DNA of 35,418 bases from Methanoregulaceae archaeon (lineage in GTDB: Archaea > Halobacteriota > Methanomicrobia > Methanomicrobiales > Methanospirillaceae), in the NCBI GenBank assembly GCA_035505975.1, contig DATJQJ010000021.1, positions 1-35,418 on the forward strand, in the 5' to 3' direction. How positions within the stretch are numbered: position 1 is the first letter of the stretch; each line of letters begins with the position of its first letter. The notes under the pieces are model-generated. The model saw nothing but the letters and a program-made list of their open reading frames with translations, was not told the DNA's origin and did no database searches. Made by a program: the position numbers and the translations under genes. Shown here piece by piece: positions 26,090 to 35,418 of this stretch.

Positions 26090-27241
26090 ATGTTGTACGC
26101 GAAACGTATGGGTAACCTCCCCCCCTACCTGTTTGCCCGGATCGATGAGATGAAAGCCGGGAAAATACGAGACGGCGTGGATGTCATCGACCTCGGGGTA
26201 GGCGACCCCGACCTCCCTACACCCGCCCACATCGTGGAATCTCTCTGTCAGGCAGCCGCAAAACCAGAGAACCATCATTACCCGAGCTATGCAGGGATGC
26301 CCGCGTTTCGCGAAGCGGTTGCAAAGTGGTACCAGTCGCGTTTCGGTGTAACCGCGGACCCGGGTTCGGAGATTATTGCCCTCATGGGGTCAAAAGACGG
26401 CATCGCCCATATCGGCGAGGCGTTTATCAACCCCGGCGACTATGTCCTGGCCCCGGGCCCGGGATACCCGGTCTACCGGACCGGTACTCTGTTCGCAGAG
26501 GGAAACCTCCACGAAATGCCCCTCAAAGAAGAGAATGGGTTTTTACCAGACCTCGATGCCGTTCCGAAAAAGATCGCCAAGCAGGCCGGGTTATTGTTCA
26601 TCAACTACCCGAACAACCCGACAACGGCTATCGCACCGCCGGGGTTTTACGAGGAAGTCGTGGATTTTGCCAGGGAATACGGGATTGTCGTCGTGTCCGA
26701 TAACCCGTATTCGGAGATCACCTTCGACGGATACCGGGCACCATCTTTTCTCTCGACCGATGGCGCCATGGAGGTAGGGGTCGAGATGCATTCCCTGTCA
26801 AAGACCTACAATATGACAGGATGGCGGATAGGGATGGCCGTCGGTAACGCCGGTGTGATTTCAGGGCTTGGACGGGTAAAGACCAATGTCGATTCAGGGG
26901 TTTTCAACGCCGTTCAGGAAGCGGCAATAACGGCCCTTTCGGGACCGCAGGACTGTGTACGGAAAGCCTGCGGGATATACGAGGAACGGAGGGACATCCT
27001 GGTGAAAGGGCTTCGAAGCCTGGGTTACGAAGTAACCGCCCCGAAAGCGACCTTCTACGTCTGGATGCAGGTCGACGACTGCATGGCATTCGCGGCTGGC
27101 ATGCTCGACAAAGCAGGTATCGTCGTTACTCCGGGACTTGGGTTCGGCAGTGGTGGTGAGGGCTACGTACGGTTCGCGCTGACCCGTCCGAAAGAACGGA
27201 TCACCGAGGCTCTCGAGCGGATGAGGGGACTCACACCATGA
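26090..27241 (+). CDS. dapL: LL-diaminopimelate aminotransferase (class I/II PLP aminotransferase).
   Basis: The N-terminus 'NLPPYLFARIDEMKAGKIRDGVDVIDLGVGDPDLPTP' is DapL-like. 'SLSKTYNMTGWRIG' holds the PLP lysine. Its stop overlaps the lysA start (ATGA), which supports a lysine-pathway role. Confidence 0.65.
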   Translation: MLYAKRMGNLPPYLFARIDEMKAGKIRDGVDVIDLGVGDPDLPTPAHIVESLCQAAAKPENHHYPSYAGMPAFREAVAKWYQSRFGVTADPGSEIIALMGSKDGIAHIGEAFINPGDYVLAPGPGYPVYRTGTLFAEGNLHEMPLKEENGFLPDLDAVPKKIAKQAGLLFINYPNNPTTAIAPPGFYEEVVDFAREYGIVVVSDNPYSEITFDGYRAPSFLSTDGAMEVGVEMHSLSKTYNMTGWRIGMAVGNAGVISGLGRVKTNVDSGVFNAVQEAAITALSGPQDCVRKACGIYEERRDILVKGLRSLGYEVTAPKATFYVWMQVDDCMAFAAGMLDKAGIVVTPGLGFGSGGEGYVRFALTRPKERITEALERMRGLTP

Positions 27242-28530
27242 ACCTGCCTCCCCACCTTTCGATCAGGAATAACCATCTCTATATCGGTGACTTCGACACG
27301 AACGCCCTTGCAGGGGAATTCGGGACTCCCCTCTATGTGACCGACGAAGAGAGGATAATGGAGAAATACCGGCAATATGAATGCGCACTTTCGTCTCGCT
27401 ACAACAAGGTGAAGGTACTGTATGCAGCAAAGGCCAACGGGAACCTCTCGATATTGAGGACGCTGGCTGCGCTTGGTGCCGGTGCCGATGTGTTTTCAGC
27501 CGGGGAACTTGAACTGGCGCTGAATGCGGGGATGAAACCTGGAGACCTCCTCTTTAACGGCAGTTCAAAAACCCCTTCCGATTTAACGTTTGCCGTTGCA
27601 AGGGATGTCTGTGTATCGGTCGATTCGCTCGATGAACTTCATCAGCTCAATGCCGCAGCAAAGGCCGCCGGGAAGGATGCCAGGATCTCTTTCCGTGTCA
27701 ATCCTGCCCTCCATATCCCGACGCACCCGAAAATTGCGACCGGGATTGCAACCAGCAAATTCGGTATCGCGTCAGGCCTGATAACGGCCGCTTACCGTGA
27801 AGCGCTGGCCTGCAGCAACATCCTCCCTGTCGGGGTGCACTGCCATATCGGGTCGCAGATACTCGAGATCGATCCTTTTGTAAAGGCCGCGGGGGTAATG
27901 GGAACCCTCGCAAAGGAACTGACTGATATCGGGGTAAACCTCGAGTTCGTCGACCTTGGCGGAGGTCTTGGGATCCCCTATCACCATGACTCCGATCCTT
28001 CGCCTACCCCGGAGGACTATGCCCGGGCGGTAGTGCCGGTTTTCCTCGACGCGATAGCCGGCACAGGGATCAGCCCTTCACTCTGGGTCGAGCCTGGGCG
28101 GTACCTTGTCGCCGATTCAACCGTTCTGTTGACGAGGGTGAATTCCGTCAAGCGGGCCCATAAAAATTTCGTCAACGTTGACGCCGGGTTCAACCTCCTG
28201 GTCAGGCCGGTCATGTATGATTCGTACCACGAAGTCCTCGTGGCGAACAAAGCGGCGGCATCAGGCGACAACACCTATTCGATAGCAGGTCCGATCTGCG
28301 AAACAGGAGATATTCTTGCCCATGACAGGGTGCTGCCGGAACCAGAGGCAGGAGACCTGATCGCGGTCCTCGATGCGGGTGCCTACGGTTTCGCGATGTC
28401 TTCGCAATACAACTGCAGGCCTCGATGTGCAGAAGTCCTTATCAGGGGAAGGGAGAAAGGCCTGATGCGGCGGGCCGAGGGCACCAGTGATGTGACCGGC
28501 CCGATGCTTATCCCGCCATGGCAACGGTAA
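27238..28530 (+). CDS. lysA: Diaminopimelate decarboxylase.
   Basis: It belongs to the Orn/DAP/Arg decarboxylase family 2: 'VLYAAKANGNLSILRTLAALGAGADVFSAGELELAL', 'HCHIGSQI', 'VDLGGGLGIPY' and 'EPGRYLVA'. Confidence 0.85.
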   Translation: MNLPPHLSIRNNHLYIGDFDTNALAGEFGTPLYVTDEERIMEKYRQYECALSSRYNKVKVLYAAKANGNLSILRTLAALGAGADVFSAGELELALNAGMKPGDLLFNGSSKTPSDLTFAVARDVCVSVDSLDELHQLNAAAKAAGKDARISFRVNPALHIPTHPKIATGIATSKFGIASGLITAAYREALACSNILPVGVHCHIGSQILEIDPFVKAAGVMGTLAKELTDIGVNLEFVDLGGGLGIPYHHDSDPSPTPEDYARAVVPVFLDAIAGTGISPSLWVEPGRYLVADSTVLLTRVNSVKRAHKNFVNVDAGFNLLVRPVMYDSYHEVLVANKAAASGDNTYSIAGPICETGDILAHDRVLPEPEAGDLIAVLDAGAYGFAMSSQYNCRPRCAEVLIRGREKGLMRRAEGTSDVTGPMLIPPWQR

Positions 28531-28545
28531 AGGAGCTCTGCAGCC

Positions 28546-29904
28546 GTGCGGTTTCACTACGCGCTTGTTGACGACCTCCTGCAAAGGGAAGAGTTCGAGC
28601 GTCGCGTCGAGGAAAAAATAAAGGATTGCGGCGACCTGGTGGACGATACCACCGCTGCTCTCCTCGTGGTACGGGATCTCGGGCGCGAACATGTGAAAAT
28701 AAAGGAACTTGCTTCAAAAGCGAGTCTCTTCTCATTTTTTGGTAAAGTCACAGGGAAATCGGAACCCAGGGAATTCGACCGTTCTGACGGTGAAAAAGGC
28801 CTTGTCGCGACGGTAACCGTTGGCGACGAGAGCGGGGAAGCCAGGATCGTGCTCTGGGACGAGAAGGCAATGGCTGTCCAGGAGATCGACACCGGCGATG
28901 TCCTCGAGATCATAGGGAAACCCGGGAAGCGCCCGGGCGATATTACGGTCCTTGCCCTCAGGAAGTCTTCCTGCCTGATCGAGTGCCGGAGCGATGGATC
29001 CGCATTGAACGCTGCCCGAACACCGCAGGTGCGGCTCGATATCGACGTCAAGCTCCTCGCCATTGACGAACCGAGGTCGTTCACCCGCAGGGACGGCACG
29101 ACCTCAGAAATGGTCGGTGCCGCGATTGGTGACCAGGCAGGGACGGCACGCCTGGTATGCTGGGAGCCGGGCCTGCTCGATGAGGTGGTTCCCGGGATGA
29201 CACTGCACATCGCAGGCGCCGTGGACAGGTCCCAGCCTCTGCTCCGGGAATACAGCATCGATGAGAAAAGTACAATCCAGGTAACGGAACTGACGATCGA
29301 CGTACCCCTCACCCCCGTATCAGCGGTCACGGAAGGAAGAGTCTTTTCGGTCGGGGGAAAAGTTACCGGTGTCCTCCCCCCGAAATCCTTCAGGACCAGG
29401 GACGGATCTCTCTCTTCGGTGCGGAATATTGCCATGGATGACGGGACGGGAACAATGCGGGTAGTGCTCTGGGGAGAGATGGCCGAACGCCGGTATTTTT
29501 GTGGCGATACTATATGGCTGTTCAATGTCGCAGCAAGAGCCGGCCGCAACGGAGAGACAGAACTCAGTGCCGGCAGAAGCAGTTCGGTTGTCACCGGGAC
29601 AGAGGGTGGAGATGGTCCGATTGAATTCGAAGGGACGATCATCTCAAGCCGGGAAGGTACCTTTATCGATAACGGAACGGTTTCGTATCTTATCGAGGGA
29701 GACCATCCTTTCGGCAGGGAGATGAGGGTCAGAGGACGGCTCGCAGGTCATACTATTGTTCCCGAACAGATCGTGGCAAGAGACCTGGACCCCGGACACG
29801 TGCTCGAACGAATAATGGAGCCGACGTCTGAAGAGTGTCCCCCGGCACCGGGAACCGGCGATCCTCCGAAAGATGCCCCGGGAGGCAGGAAATCGGAAAG
29901 GTGA
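28546..29904 (+). CDS. Replication protein A (archaeal ssDNA-binding protein) with three tandem OB-folds.
   Basis: It starts at a GTG preceded by AAGGAG. An OB-fold motif repeats three times: 'PREFDRSDGEKGLVATVTVGDESGEARIVLWDEKA', 'PRSFTRRDGTTSEMVGAAIGDQAGTARLVCWEPG' and 'PKSFRTRDGSLSSVRNIAMDDGTGTMRVVLWGEMA'. Confidence 0.8.
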   Translation: MRFHYALVDDLLQREEFERRVEEKIKDCGDLVDDTTAALLVVRDLGREHVKIKELASKASLFSFFGKVTGKSEPREFDRSDGEKGLVATVTVGDESGEARIVLWDEKAMAVQEIDTGDVLEIIGKPGKRPGDITVLALRKSSCLIECRSDGSALNAARTPQVRLDIDVKLLAIDEPRSFTRRDGTTSEMVGAAIGDQAGTARLVCWEPGLLDEVVPGMTLHIAGAVDRSQPLLREYSIDEKSTIQVTELTIDVPLTPVSAVTEGRVFSVGGKVTGVLPPKSFRTRDGSLSSVRNIAMDDGTGTMRVVLWGEMAERRYFCGDTIWLFNVAARAGRNGETELSAGRSSSVVTGTEGGDGPIEFEGTIISSREGTFIDNGTVSYLIEGDHPFGREMRVRGRLAGHTIVPEQIVARDLDPGHVLERIMEPTSEECPPAPGTGDPPKDAPGGRKSER

Positions 29905-30006
29905 GAGGATATGCACGGATCTCGTATTCACTTTCACCCTGTGCACGAGCCGGATGCATATATGGGAGAGTATATGATGTTCTTGTCAGTAAAGAGGTAG
30001 ATAGAG

Positions 30007-30984
30007 ATGACCACCACAGGTCCTTTGGAACTTGATGACTTGCCCGGCGTCGGCCCGACAACAGCCGAGAAACTTCGGGAAGCAGGGTTTGTTACTGTCG
30101 AGAGCATTGCAACGGCTTCACCTGCAGACCTTGCAGAGACCGCCGAGATCGCAGAATCCACTGCAAAGAAGATGATCAAAGCTGCACGCGAAATGGTCGA
30201 GCTTGACGGATTCAAAACCGGAAAAGACGTCTTCGAGCAGAGGAAGGAAGTACGGAAGCTCCAGACCCGCGTCCCGGAATTCGATGCCCTGCTCGGGGGA
30301 GGTCTAGAGACCCAGGCAATCACTGAACTCTATGGTGAATTCGGTTCTGGTAAAAGCCAGATTGTTCACCAGCTTGCCGTGAATGTCCAGCTCCCCGAGG
30401 AGGAGGGCGGGCTGAACGGAAGTACCGTCTACATCGACACCGAAAATACCTTCAGGCCGGAACGTATCGAGCAGATGGTAAACGGTCTGGGGATTAGTGA
30501 TGCAGACCCCCAGGAATTCCTGAGCAATATTCATGTTGCCCGTGCCCATACTTCCGATCACCAGATGCTCCTCGTCGAGACCGCACGGGAGCGGGCGGCA
30601 GAGCTCAGGGATTCCGACCGGCCGGTCAGGCTTTTCATTATCGATTCCCTTACCGCCCATTTCAGGGCAGAATACGCAGGGAGGGGCACCCTCGCTACCA
30701 GGCAGCAGAAGTTGAACCGTCATATGCATGACCTCTTCAAGCTCGTCGATGAGAACAATGCAGTGGCGCTGGTGACGAACCAGGTAATGTCGAACCCGGC
30801 AGTTTTCTTCGGCGACCCGACGAAACCAATCGGAGGGAATATTGTCGGTCATACCGCAACATTCAGGCTGTATCTCAGGAAAAGCAAGGGAGGAAAACGT
30901 GTCGCCCGCCTCGTGGACAGTCCGAACCTCCCCGAGGGCGAAGCAGCATTCATGGTAGAAGAAGCTGGTCTCAAGCCGTGCTGA
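30007..30984 (+). CDS. radA: DNA repair and recombination protein RadA.
   Basis: It has an N-terminal HhH segment '[17 protein letters not shown]', Walker A 'GEFGSGKSQ' and '[15 protein letters not shown]'. AGAGG lies upstream of the ATG. Confidence 0.9.
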   Translation: MTTTGPLELDDLPGVGPTTAEKLREAGFVTVESIATASPADLAETAEIAESTAKKMIKAAREMVELDGFKTGKDVFEQRKEVRKLQTRVPEFDALLGGGLETQAITELYGEFGSGKSQIVHQLAVNVQLPEEEGGLNGSTVYIDTENTFRPERIEQMVNGLGISDADPQEFLSNIHVARAHTSDHQMLLVETARERAAELRDSDRPVRLFIIDSLTAHFRAEYAGRGTLATRQQKLNRHMHDLFKLVDENNAVALVTNQVMSNPAVFFGDPTKPIGGNIVGHTATFRLYLRKSKGGKRVARLVDSPNLPEGEAAFMVEEAGLKPC

Positions 30985-31676
30985 AGGCGCTCCTTACCGA
31001 TGTGGACGGTACGATTACCGATACAGGACGTGCGGTGAGCACCGGCGCTATCGATGCCATGCGGGCGCTCATCGCACGGGGCGTTGAAGTTGTTCTTGCG
31101 AGCGGCAACACCGCCTGTTTTATGGATGCGTTATCGAGGATAGTTGGTACGAATGGCACCCTGATCGGTGAGAACGGGGGCGTCTACCGCATCGGTTTCT
31201 TTGGAGACCTCCATGTGACCGGTCAGAAATCTGTCAGTCTCGAAGCGCTCGGCATCGTTGAGAATTATTACCGTTCGCGGGGTGTCGGACTTCAGTTATA
31301 CAGCCCGCAATACCGTTTTTCAGATGTTGCTTTTGCGAGGACGGTCCCGGCAGACGAAGTCAGGGCCATCCTTTCGGGACACAACGTGCAGGTCCTGGAT
31401 ACAGGGTTCGCCATCCACCTCCAGGAGCAGGGTGTGAACAAGGGGAGAGCTCTTCTTGACCTTGCACGCGACATGGGGCTGTCGCCAAAAGATTTTCTTG
31501 CGATAGGAGACGGGGTGAACGATGTGGAGACGATCCGAGCCGCTGGAATTGGTATCGCTGTGGGGAATGCTCACCAGCTGGCTAAAGATGCCGCCGATTA
31601 TGTAACAGAAAAAACGTATGGTGATGGGTTTATCGAAGCTATAGAGAAATATTCGTCTTATTTTCTCGAGAGGTAG
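30978..31676 (+). CDS. Phosphoglycolate phosphatase, archaeal type (HAD-IIB).
   Basis: It starts at a GTG 7 nt inside the radA 3' end. It has '[12 protein letters not shown]' (motif I) and '[11 protein letters not shown]' (motif IV). Confidence 0.7.
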   Translation: MLKALLTDVDGTITDTGRAVSTGAIDAMRALIARGVEVVLASGNTACFMDALSRIVGTNGTLIGENGGVYRIGFFGDLHVTGQKSVSLEALGIVENYYRSRGVGLQLYSPQYRFSDVAFARTVPADEVRAILSGHNVQVLDTGFAIHLQEQGVNKGRALLDLARDMGLSPKDFLAIGDGVNDVETIRAAGIGIAVGNAHQLAKDAADYVTEKTYGDGFIEAIEKYSSYFLER

Positions 31677-31909
31677 CGATCGACCACGATATAATCCTTG
31701 ATGTCTTTTACCGCTTCAAAATTTATATAGAGCTTATCGCCCTCGAGTCTGTACCCGGAAGTATCGAAAGACGGATCAGGATGGATGATCAGGTCAACGA
31801 CCTGACCTGTATCGAAATCAACAATGATATTTTTCAGCGTTCCGATCATCTTTCCGTCATTGGTCATAATTTTCTTTCTCGAGAGACTCCGGGCCAATGT
31901 GCGTGTCAT
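31658..31909 (-). CDS. PRC-barrel domain protein.
   Basis: 'MTRTLARSLSRKKIMTNDGKMIGTLKNIIVDFDTGQVVDLII' matches the PRC-barrel pattern (G..V...dG..lG.v.dv..D..tG.v..lv). The ATG is at 31909 (Met24 of the track ORF). A TTTAAATATTT lies ~25 nt upstream on the minus strand. Confidence 0.6.
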   Translation of the reverse strand: MTRTLARSLSRKKIMTNDGKMIGTLKNIIVDFDTGQVVDLIIHPDPSFDTSGYRLEGDKLYINFEAVKDIKDYIVVDRYLSRK

Positions 31910-31994
31910 AAAAAAAGTGATGATATCTAAATATTTAAAGATGTTTAAAAACCTCACATTTTTGCTAATAAAATCCAATAAACTAAAAATAATT

Positions 31995-32204
31995 CTAACT
32001 CAGGATCTCGTGTGCCATCCGGATGTCTTCCTTGGTAATCGTTTTTCTGCCGGCATGAGATGCCAGCTTGATGGCCTCCCTGGTAATTTTCCCTCCATAT
32101 GCTTCCATAAGCTCGGACAGCAGTTCTCCTGCATCACCGCTCACTCGATCGGCACCATGTTTCCTGATTATCCGCATCACCGGGGCAACTGGTAATTCCG
32201 TCAT
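31995..32204 (-). CDS. Archaeal histone (HMf/HTa family).
   Basis: At 69 aa from Met15 of the track ORF, 'MTELPVAPVMRIIRKHGADRVSGDAGELLSELMEAYGGKITREAIKLASHAGRKTITKEDIRMAHEILS' is a histone fold with the conserved 'AGRKTI' loop. Confidence 0.85.
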   Translation of the reverse strand: MTELPVAPVMRIIRKHGADRVSGDAGELLSELMEAYGGKITREAIKLASHAGRKTITKEDIRMAHEILS

Positions 32205-32484
32205 TGGCCTGTATCTCCTTTCGGTTTTTATTGTGATGATTTCCAATCAGATATATCTGGCGGTCAGGACAGGGTTTATCGTGTTGTTGATGGTTTATGG
32301 GGCCTGGGCGGGGCGGAGCCCGGAGGGGCTTTGGAATTATCAGTATTAATATAATTACAATCTATTTCAAAAAAAAAAAATGCAGATTTTTTACAATTGT
32401 CCAAATATGACCGACTGCAAGCCGTTGCGAAAATAGTGGCCGGAGTTTCCGTGATAATTGATTCTCCGGAACCCCACCAGAGTG

Positions 32485-33363
32485 TCAGAGCGACGGGAAC
32501 ACGCGGATAATGTCAGACTGGGTGAGAATTCCTGATGGATGGCCATTCTCTTCGACAATCAGGCGGCCAATCTCCTTTTCCTTGAACCGGGTGATCACTT
32601 CGAACAGCTGGACATCGGCAGAGACTTTCACCACATCATGGGTCATTACCCGGTTCACCTGGGTGGTCAGGGGTGAACCGTGCTCAATTGCTTTGGCGAC
32701 GTCGGAAAGCGTGACAATTCCCCCAAGGGTCCCGTTGTCGATCACCGGTGCTCCATGGATATGCCGTGAATTGAAAAGGTGAAGGGCATCCATGAGTGTT
32801 GAATTCCGTGAAAGAGCAAGAAGTGGAGTGCTCATATAATTCCTGATGGGTTTTTTTGGGAGTGAGATCATCTCGGACGTGGATATGAGGAGGGACTGCT
32901 CCACCTCGTCCTTCCCGTACACTTCCCCCCTGATCAGGAGTTTATTCACGGGTGTTGGCCCGATTGTGATAAGGTCCCCGATTTCAAAGATTTTTGCACT
33001 CCCGATGAGCTTGATGAGGGCATGGCATATGTCGGGGTGACAGAGAGTGGTGAAATCAATTTCTGAGACCTTTGCCCCTTTCACTACCTCACCGTCCCTC
33101 GAAATCAGGACGTCGTACTCCTCGTCAGAGTCGTGGAGGTTGAGTTCATTGTATGCCAGTATTGTCGGATAGTACCCTCCCCTGGGACCCGGGACGCCGT
33201 CAACGAGGCCAATTGCTTTTAAGGCCTGCATCTGGTTCCTGACCGTTCCCGGGTTCCGTTTTATCACCTCTGCGATATCTTCCCCCTTGATCGGGTGAGA
33301 ATGCTGGTGATACAGCGAAATCAATGTAATAAGAATATCTTTCTGGATTAGGGAGAGATCCAT
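32485..33363 (-). CDS. Transcriptional regulator with an N-terminal winged-HTH, a central domain and a C-terminal CBS pair.
   Basis: The N-terminal HTH is 'IQKDILITLISLY...GEDIAEVIKRNPGTVRNQMQALKAIGLV'. Two CBS-like repeats sit at the C-terminus ('MSTPLLALSRNSTLMDALHLFNSRHIHGAPVID', 'MTHDVVKVSADVQLFEVITRFKEKEIGRLIVEE'). Confidence 0.65.
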   Translation of the reverse strand: MDLSLIQKDILITLISLYHQHSHPIKGEDIAEVIKRNPGTVRNQMQALKAIGLVDGVPGPRGGYYPTILAYNELNLHDSDEEYDVLISRDGEVVKGAKVSEIDFTTLCHPDICHALIKLIGSAKIFEIGDLITIGPTPVNKLLIRGEVYGKDEVEQSLLISTSEMISLPKKPIRNYMSTPLLALSRNSTLMDALHLFNSRHIHGAPVIDNGTLGGIVTLSDVAKAIEHGSPLTTQVNRVMTHDVVKVSADVQLFEVITRFKEKEIGRLIVEENGHPSGILTQSDIIRVFPSL

Positions 33364-33409
33364 AATGGTTAATCATTTGAGTACCATAAATAGGTTAGGA
33401 TGAATACTC

Positions 33410-34363
33410 GTGGAATTTGAAAAAATCCCGACCGTACCTACCGCTGATGAGGTCCTTGACCGTTGTTTTCGGCGTGCTGCGGCTAAAATGAAACTGAAAG
33501 CGAATAAAGACCGTGCTAACCAGGACTTCGTACGAGCTGTCAGCCATTCGATCCACGACAGGCTGGTCCATATAATCCAGACCTTCCCCGAGTTTGAGAC
33601 ACTCCCTCCCTTCTATTACGAAACGGTCGATATCCTGTACGGGATCCCCAGGCTGAAGAAATCGCTCGGAGCCATCGGGTGGGCGGCCCGCTGGGCCCGC
33701 CTTCATGGCCCTGACCTCGTATACGAGACGAGAAAAGGAGGAGACCCGCTTGCGTCCCGTAAAAGGGCCGTGGCGAGGCTCGCTTCCGTCGTGCACCAGA
33801 TAGACCCCGATCTCAGGTTTCTCAACGACGTGAGAAACGTGATTCGGAAGCTGCCTCATATCGAGGACGTCTTCACTGTTGTTGTCGCAGGATACCCAAA
33901 TGTCGGGAAGTCGTCGTTTATCAGGCTCGTCTCTTCGGCTTCGCCTGAAGTCGCATCATATCCTTTCACGACGAAAGGGGTGATAGTCGGTCACAGGATA
34001 TCAGGACGGAAACGGATGCAGTTTATCGACACCCCCGGGGTGCTGGATCGGCTCCCCGAAGAGAGAAACCCGATAGAGCGACAGGCGATGGCTGCGATCT
34101 CAAATATCGCCGATGTGATCCTGTTCATTCTCGACCCGAGCGAACAGTGCGGGTTTCCCCTGGAGGACCAGGTCCGGCTATCCGAAGAGATCAGGGCTGC
34201 CATGAATGTGCCTCTGGTAGTGGTGGCCAATAAATCAGACATCAGTTCCCTGGAAGGGTACCTTTCCATGTCGACCTGTGACGGTTCCGGTATCGAAGAC
34301 GTCCTCGAAAAACTCCTTGAATACTGGCGAGACCCCATCGTCTCGGAAGTTCCCTCCTGTTGA
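33410..34363 (+). CDS. Nog1-family GTP-binding protein (archaeal Nog1/MJ1464-like).
   Basis: It has a GTG start. The N-terminal Nog1 domain is 'FEKIPTVPTADEVLDRCFRRA'. G1 is 'VVAGYPNVGKSS', G3 is 'FIDTPGVLDR' and G4 is 'VVANKSD'. Confidence 0.8.
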   Translation: MEFEKIPTVPTADEVLDRCFRRAAAKMKLKANKDRANQDFVRAVSHSIHDRLVHIIQTFPEFETLPPFYYETVDILYGIPRLKKSLGAIGWAARWARLHGPDLVYETRKGGDPLASRKRAVARLASVVHQIDPDLRFLNDVRNVIRKLPHIEDVFTVVVAGYPNVGKSSFIRLVSSASPEVASYPFTTKGVIVGHRISGRKRMQFIDTPGVLDRLPEERNPIERQAMAAISNIADVILFILDPSEQCGFPLEDQVRLSEEIRAAMNVPLVVVANKSDISSLEGYLSMSTCDGSGIEDVLEKLLEYWRDPIVSEVPSC

Positions 34364-34425
34364 ACCGGACATGCACGAAGGCGGGAAATATTCCTTTTTT
34401 CAGGCAGGTCAACTCCCGTATCCGA

Positions 34426-35328
34426 TTAAAATCCTGCCCAGGCCCAACTGCCGCTTATGGCGCAGCCGATAAGGAATCCAATGATCGCTCCGCTGTTGAT
34501 CGGCGGAAGGCCTGCCTGTGGTTTCCCCTTATTGACGAACCAGAGCACGACAAGAAGGCCTACGACAGATCCAAAAATTGTACCGGCCGCAGGAATATTT
34601 ACGAGCAGGCCAGTTTCTGAACCGATGAAGACATTGGCAGAAACGACGAGGATAGAAGGCATGATGAGGTCTCCCATACCGAGAATAAACGCCCCCCTCT
34701 CTCCTTCCCCAATTTTTCCGATACCGTCCCTGATATAGGAGTACGTGGTTTTTTTCGGAATTACGAAGAGGATAGGAGTCTTCATCTCCATCACGCCTTC
34801 GGCGAGGGTGATCATGTGTTTTGTCTTGTATACCGATATTGCGTCGTAGACCGCAAGGATCACGAGAAGTATGATCACCGGTATGATATCGAGAGATATC
34901 CCAAAAATCGACGCCGCCCCCGCGGCGATGAGGATCCCCAGGATATCGATGACATACCATTCAGGGTACCGGTACATGACGAAGATTGCAAGCCCTGCGA
35001 TGATCAGCGGGAGAGCAATACCAAGGATGGTATTTCCTGCAAACAGGATCGTTATCGAACCAAATATGTACACGAAGGTAAAGTAGATGGATACGGCGAT
35101 GATCACCGTGATGAGCGATCGGTACCGGTACCTGAGGAGGAGTAACAGGATAGCCGTGAATACGAGTAAAATTCCAATAAAGATGAGGGGGTTGATGGCC
35201 GATGTGGGGTCCTGGAAAGCCATGATGCCTGCTTCTTTCATCGGGAGGGAGAGCAGTAAAGCCCCTATTTCGACCAGCAGAAGCATTACCGGCATCCCTA
35301 TCAACGGGATGGCGGATTTTACGTTCAT
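34426..35328 (-). CDS. Presenilin/signal-peptide-peptidase homologue (family A22 intramembrane aspartyl protease, archaeal PSH).
   Basis: It is 300 aa and polytopic. The catalytic motifs are 'LAVYDAISVY' (YD) and 'LGMGDLIMPS' (GxGD), with a PAL-like 'NIPAAG' near the C-terminus. AAGGAG lies 7 nt upstream. Confidence 0.75.
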   Translation of the reverse strand: MNVKSAIPLIGMPVMLLLVEIGALLLSLPMKEAGIMAFQDPTSAINPLIFIGILLVFTAILLLLLRYRYRSLITVIIAVSIYFTFVYIFGSITILFAGNTILGIALPLIIAGLAIFVMYRYPEWYVIDILGILIAAGAASIFGISLDIIPVIILLVILAVYDAISVYKTKHMITLAEGVMEMKTPILFVIPKKTTYSYIRDGIGKIGEGERGAFILGMGDLIMPSILVVSANVFIGSETGLLVNIPAAGTIFGSVVGLLVVLWFVNKGKPQAGLPPINSGAIIGFLIGCAISGSWAWAGF

Positions 35329-35418
35329 CACATAACTCCTTCAGCCATATTGTTTAATTAGTTGGTCTTCATTATCTAAAAGCATGGATATTCGTGAGTA
35401 TGCGCGCGATATTATTCT

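Noticed and set aside
28557-29642. 361-aa antisense ORF across the RPA gene
   Set aside because: The sense strand shows a three-fold repeated OB-fold motif. The antisense product is Ser/Pro/Arg-rich and featureless.
32247-32484. GC-rich stretch 'GGGCCTGGGCGGGGCGGAGCCCGGAGGGGCT' upstream of the histone gene, considered as a possible small RNA or tRNA
   Set aside because: It has no acceptor-stem or anticodon-arm geometry. It more likely holds the terminator of the CBS-regulator gene and the histone promoter, which includes an A12 run.
1-35418. CRISPR arrays, tRNA and rRNA genes
   Set aside because: No regularly spaced direct repeats were found. I could recognise no cloverleaf-compatible GC-rich ~75-nt segment or rRNA signature in any intergenic region. 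This cannot be formally excluded without tRNAscan or Infernal.

Overview
This 35.4 kb window looks like chromosomal DNA from a methanogenic euryarchaeon, probably a Methanomicrobiales-like organism. The evidence is an HMf-type archaeal histone, RadA, a multi-OB-fold RPA, an FmdE-family protein, class-III-signal-peptide pilins and a 301-aa presenilin homologue. The GC-rich coding style and GGAGG-type ribosome-binding sites fit this reading.

The window has two parts.

(A) ~1.5–12.5 kb is an accessory-looking island. It carries three intact paralogous class-I SAM methyltransferases. They share lineage-specific motifs: VLDIGAG(P/T)GT, VEPSP, K(K/R)WED, ASYSL, FWF, MGIYAN, HIWW. Each sits next to a different putative metal- or cofactor-binding partner. 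MT1 is followed by a DUF364/DUF4213 Rossmann-like 'chelation' protein. MT2 follows a flotillin/SPFH protein. MT3 is translationally coupled to an FmdE-like zinc-ribbon protein and lies near a Mop/TOBE molybdate-binding protein. The island also contains a multiply frameshifted UbiE-like methyltransferase pseudogene. It holds an unusual cytoplasmic radical-SAM enzyme (COG1180/PflA-like core) fused to a BtuF/FepB-type periplasmic-binding-protein fold through a six-Cys linker. A degraded IS256-family transposase remnant ends exactly at the MT2 stop codon and is bounded by a 25-nt poly(A) tract.

(B) ~14–35 kb is mostly housekeeping:
- a secreted Cys-anchored protein, a HAD hydrolase, an APC amino-acid permease and a UPF0316 membrane protein
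- a KorA(γα-fused)–KorB–GdhA unit on one strand
- CutA, a frameshifted GNAT, an MBL hydrolase and DUF2284
- a tightly packed dapL–lysA–RPA–radA–phosphoglycolate phosphatase string, with a convergent PRC-barrel gene
- an archaeal histone, an HTH–CBS regulator, a Nog1-like GTPase and a presenilin-type intramembrane protease

The window starts inside a tandem pair of archaeal type-IV-pilin-like genes. I recognised no rRNA, tRNA or CRISPR array. All family assignments come from reading motifs by eye, and none was checked against a database.
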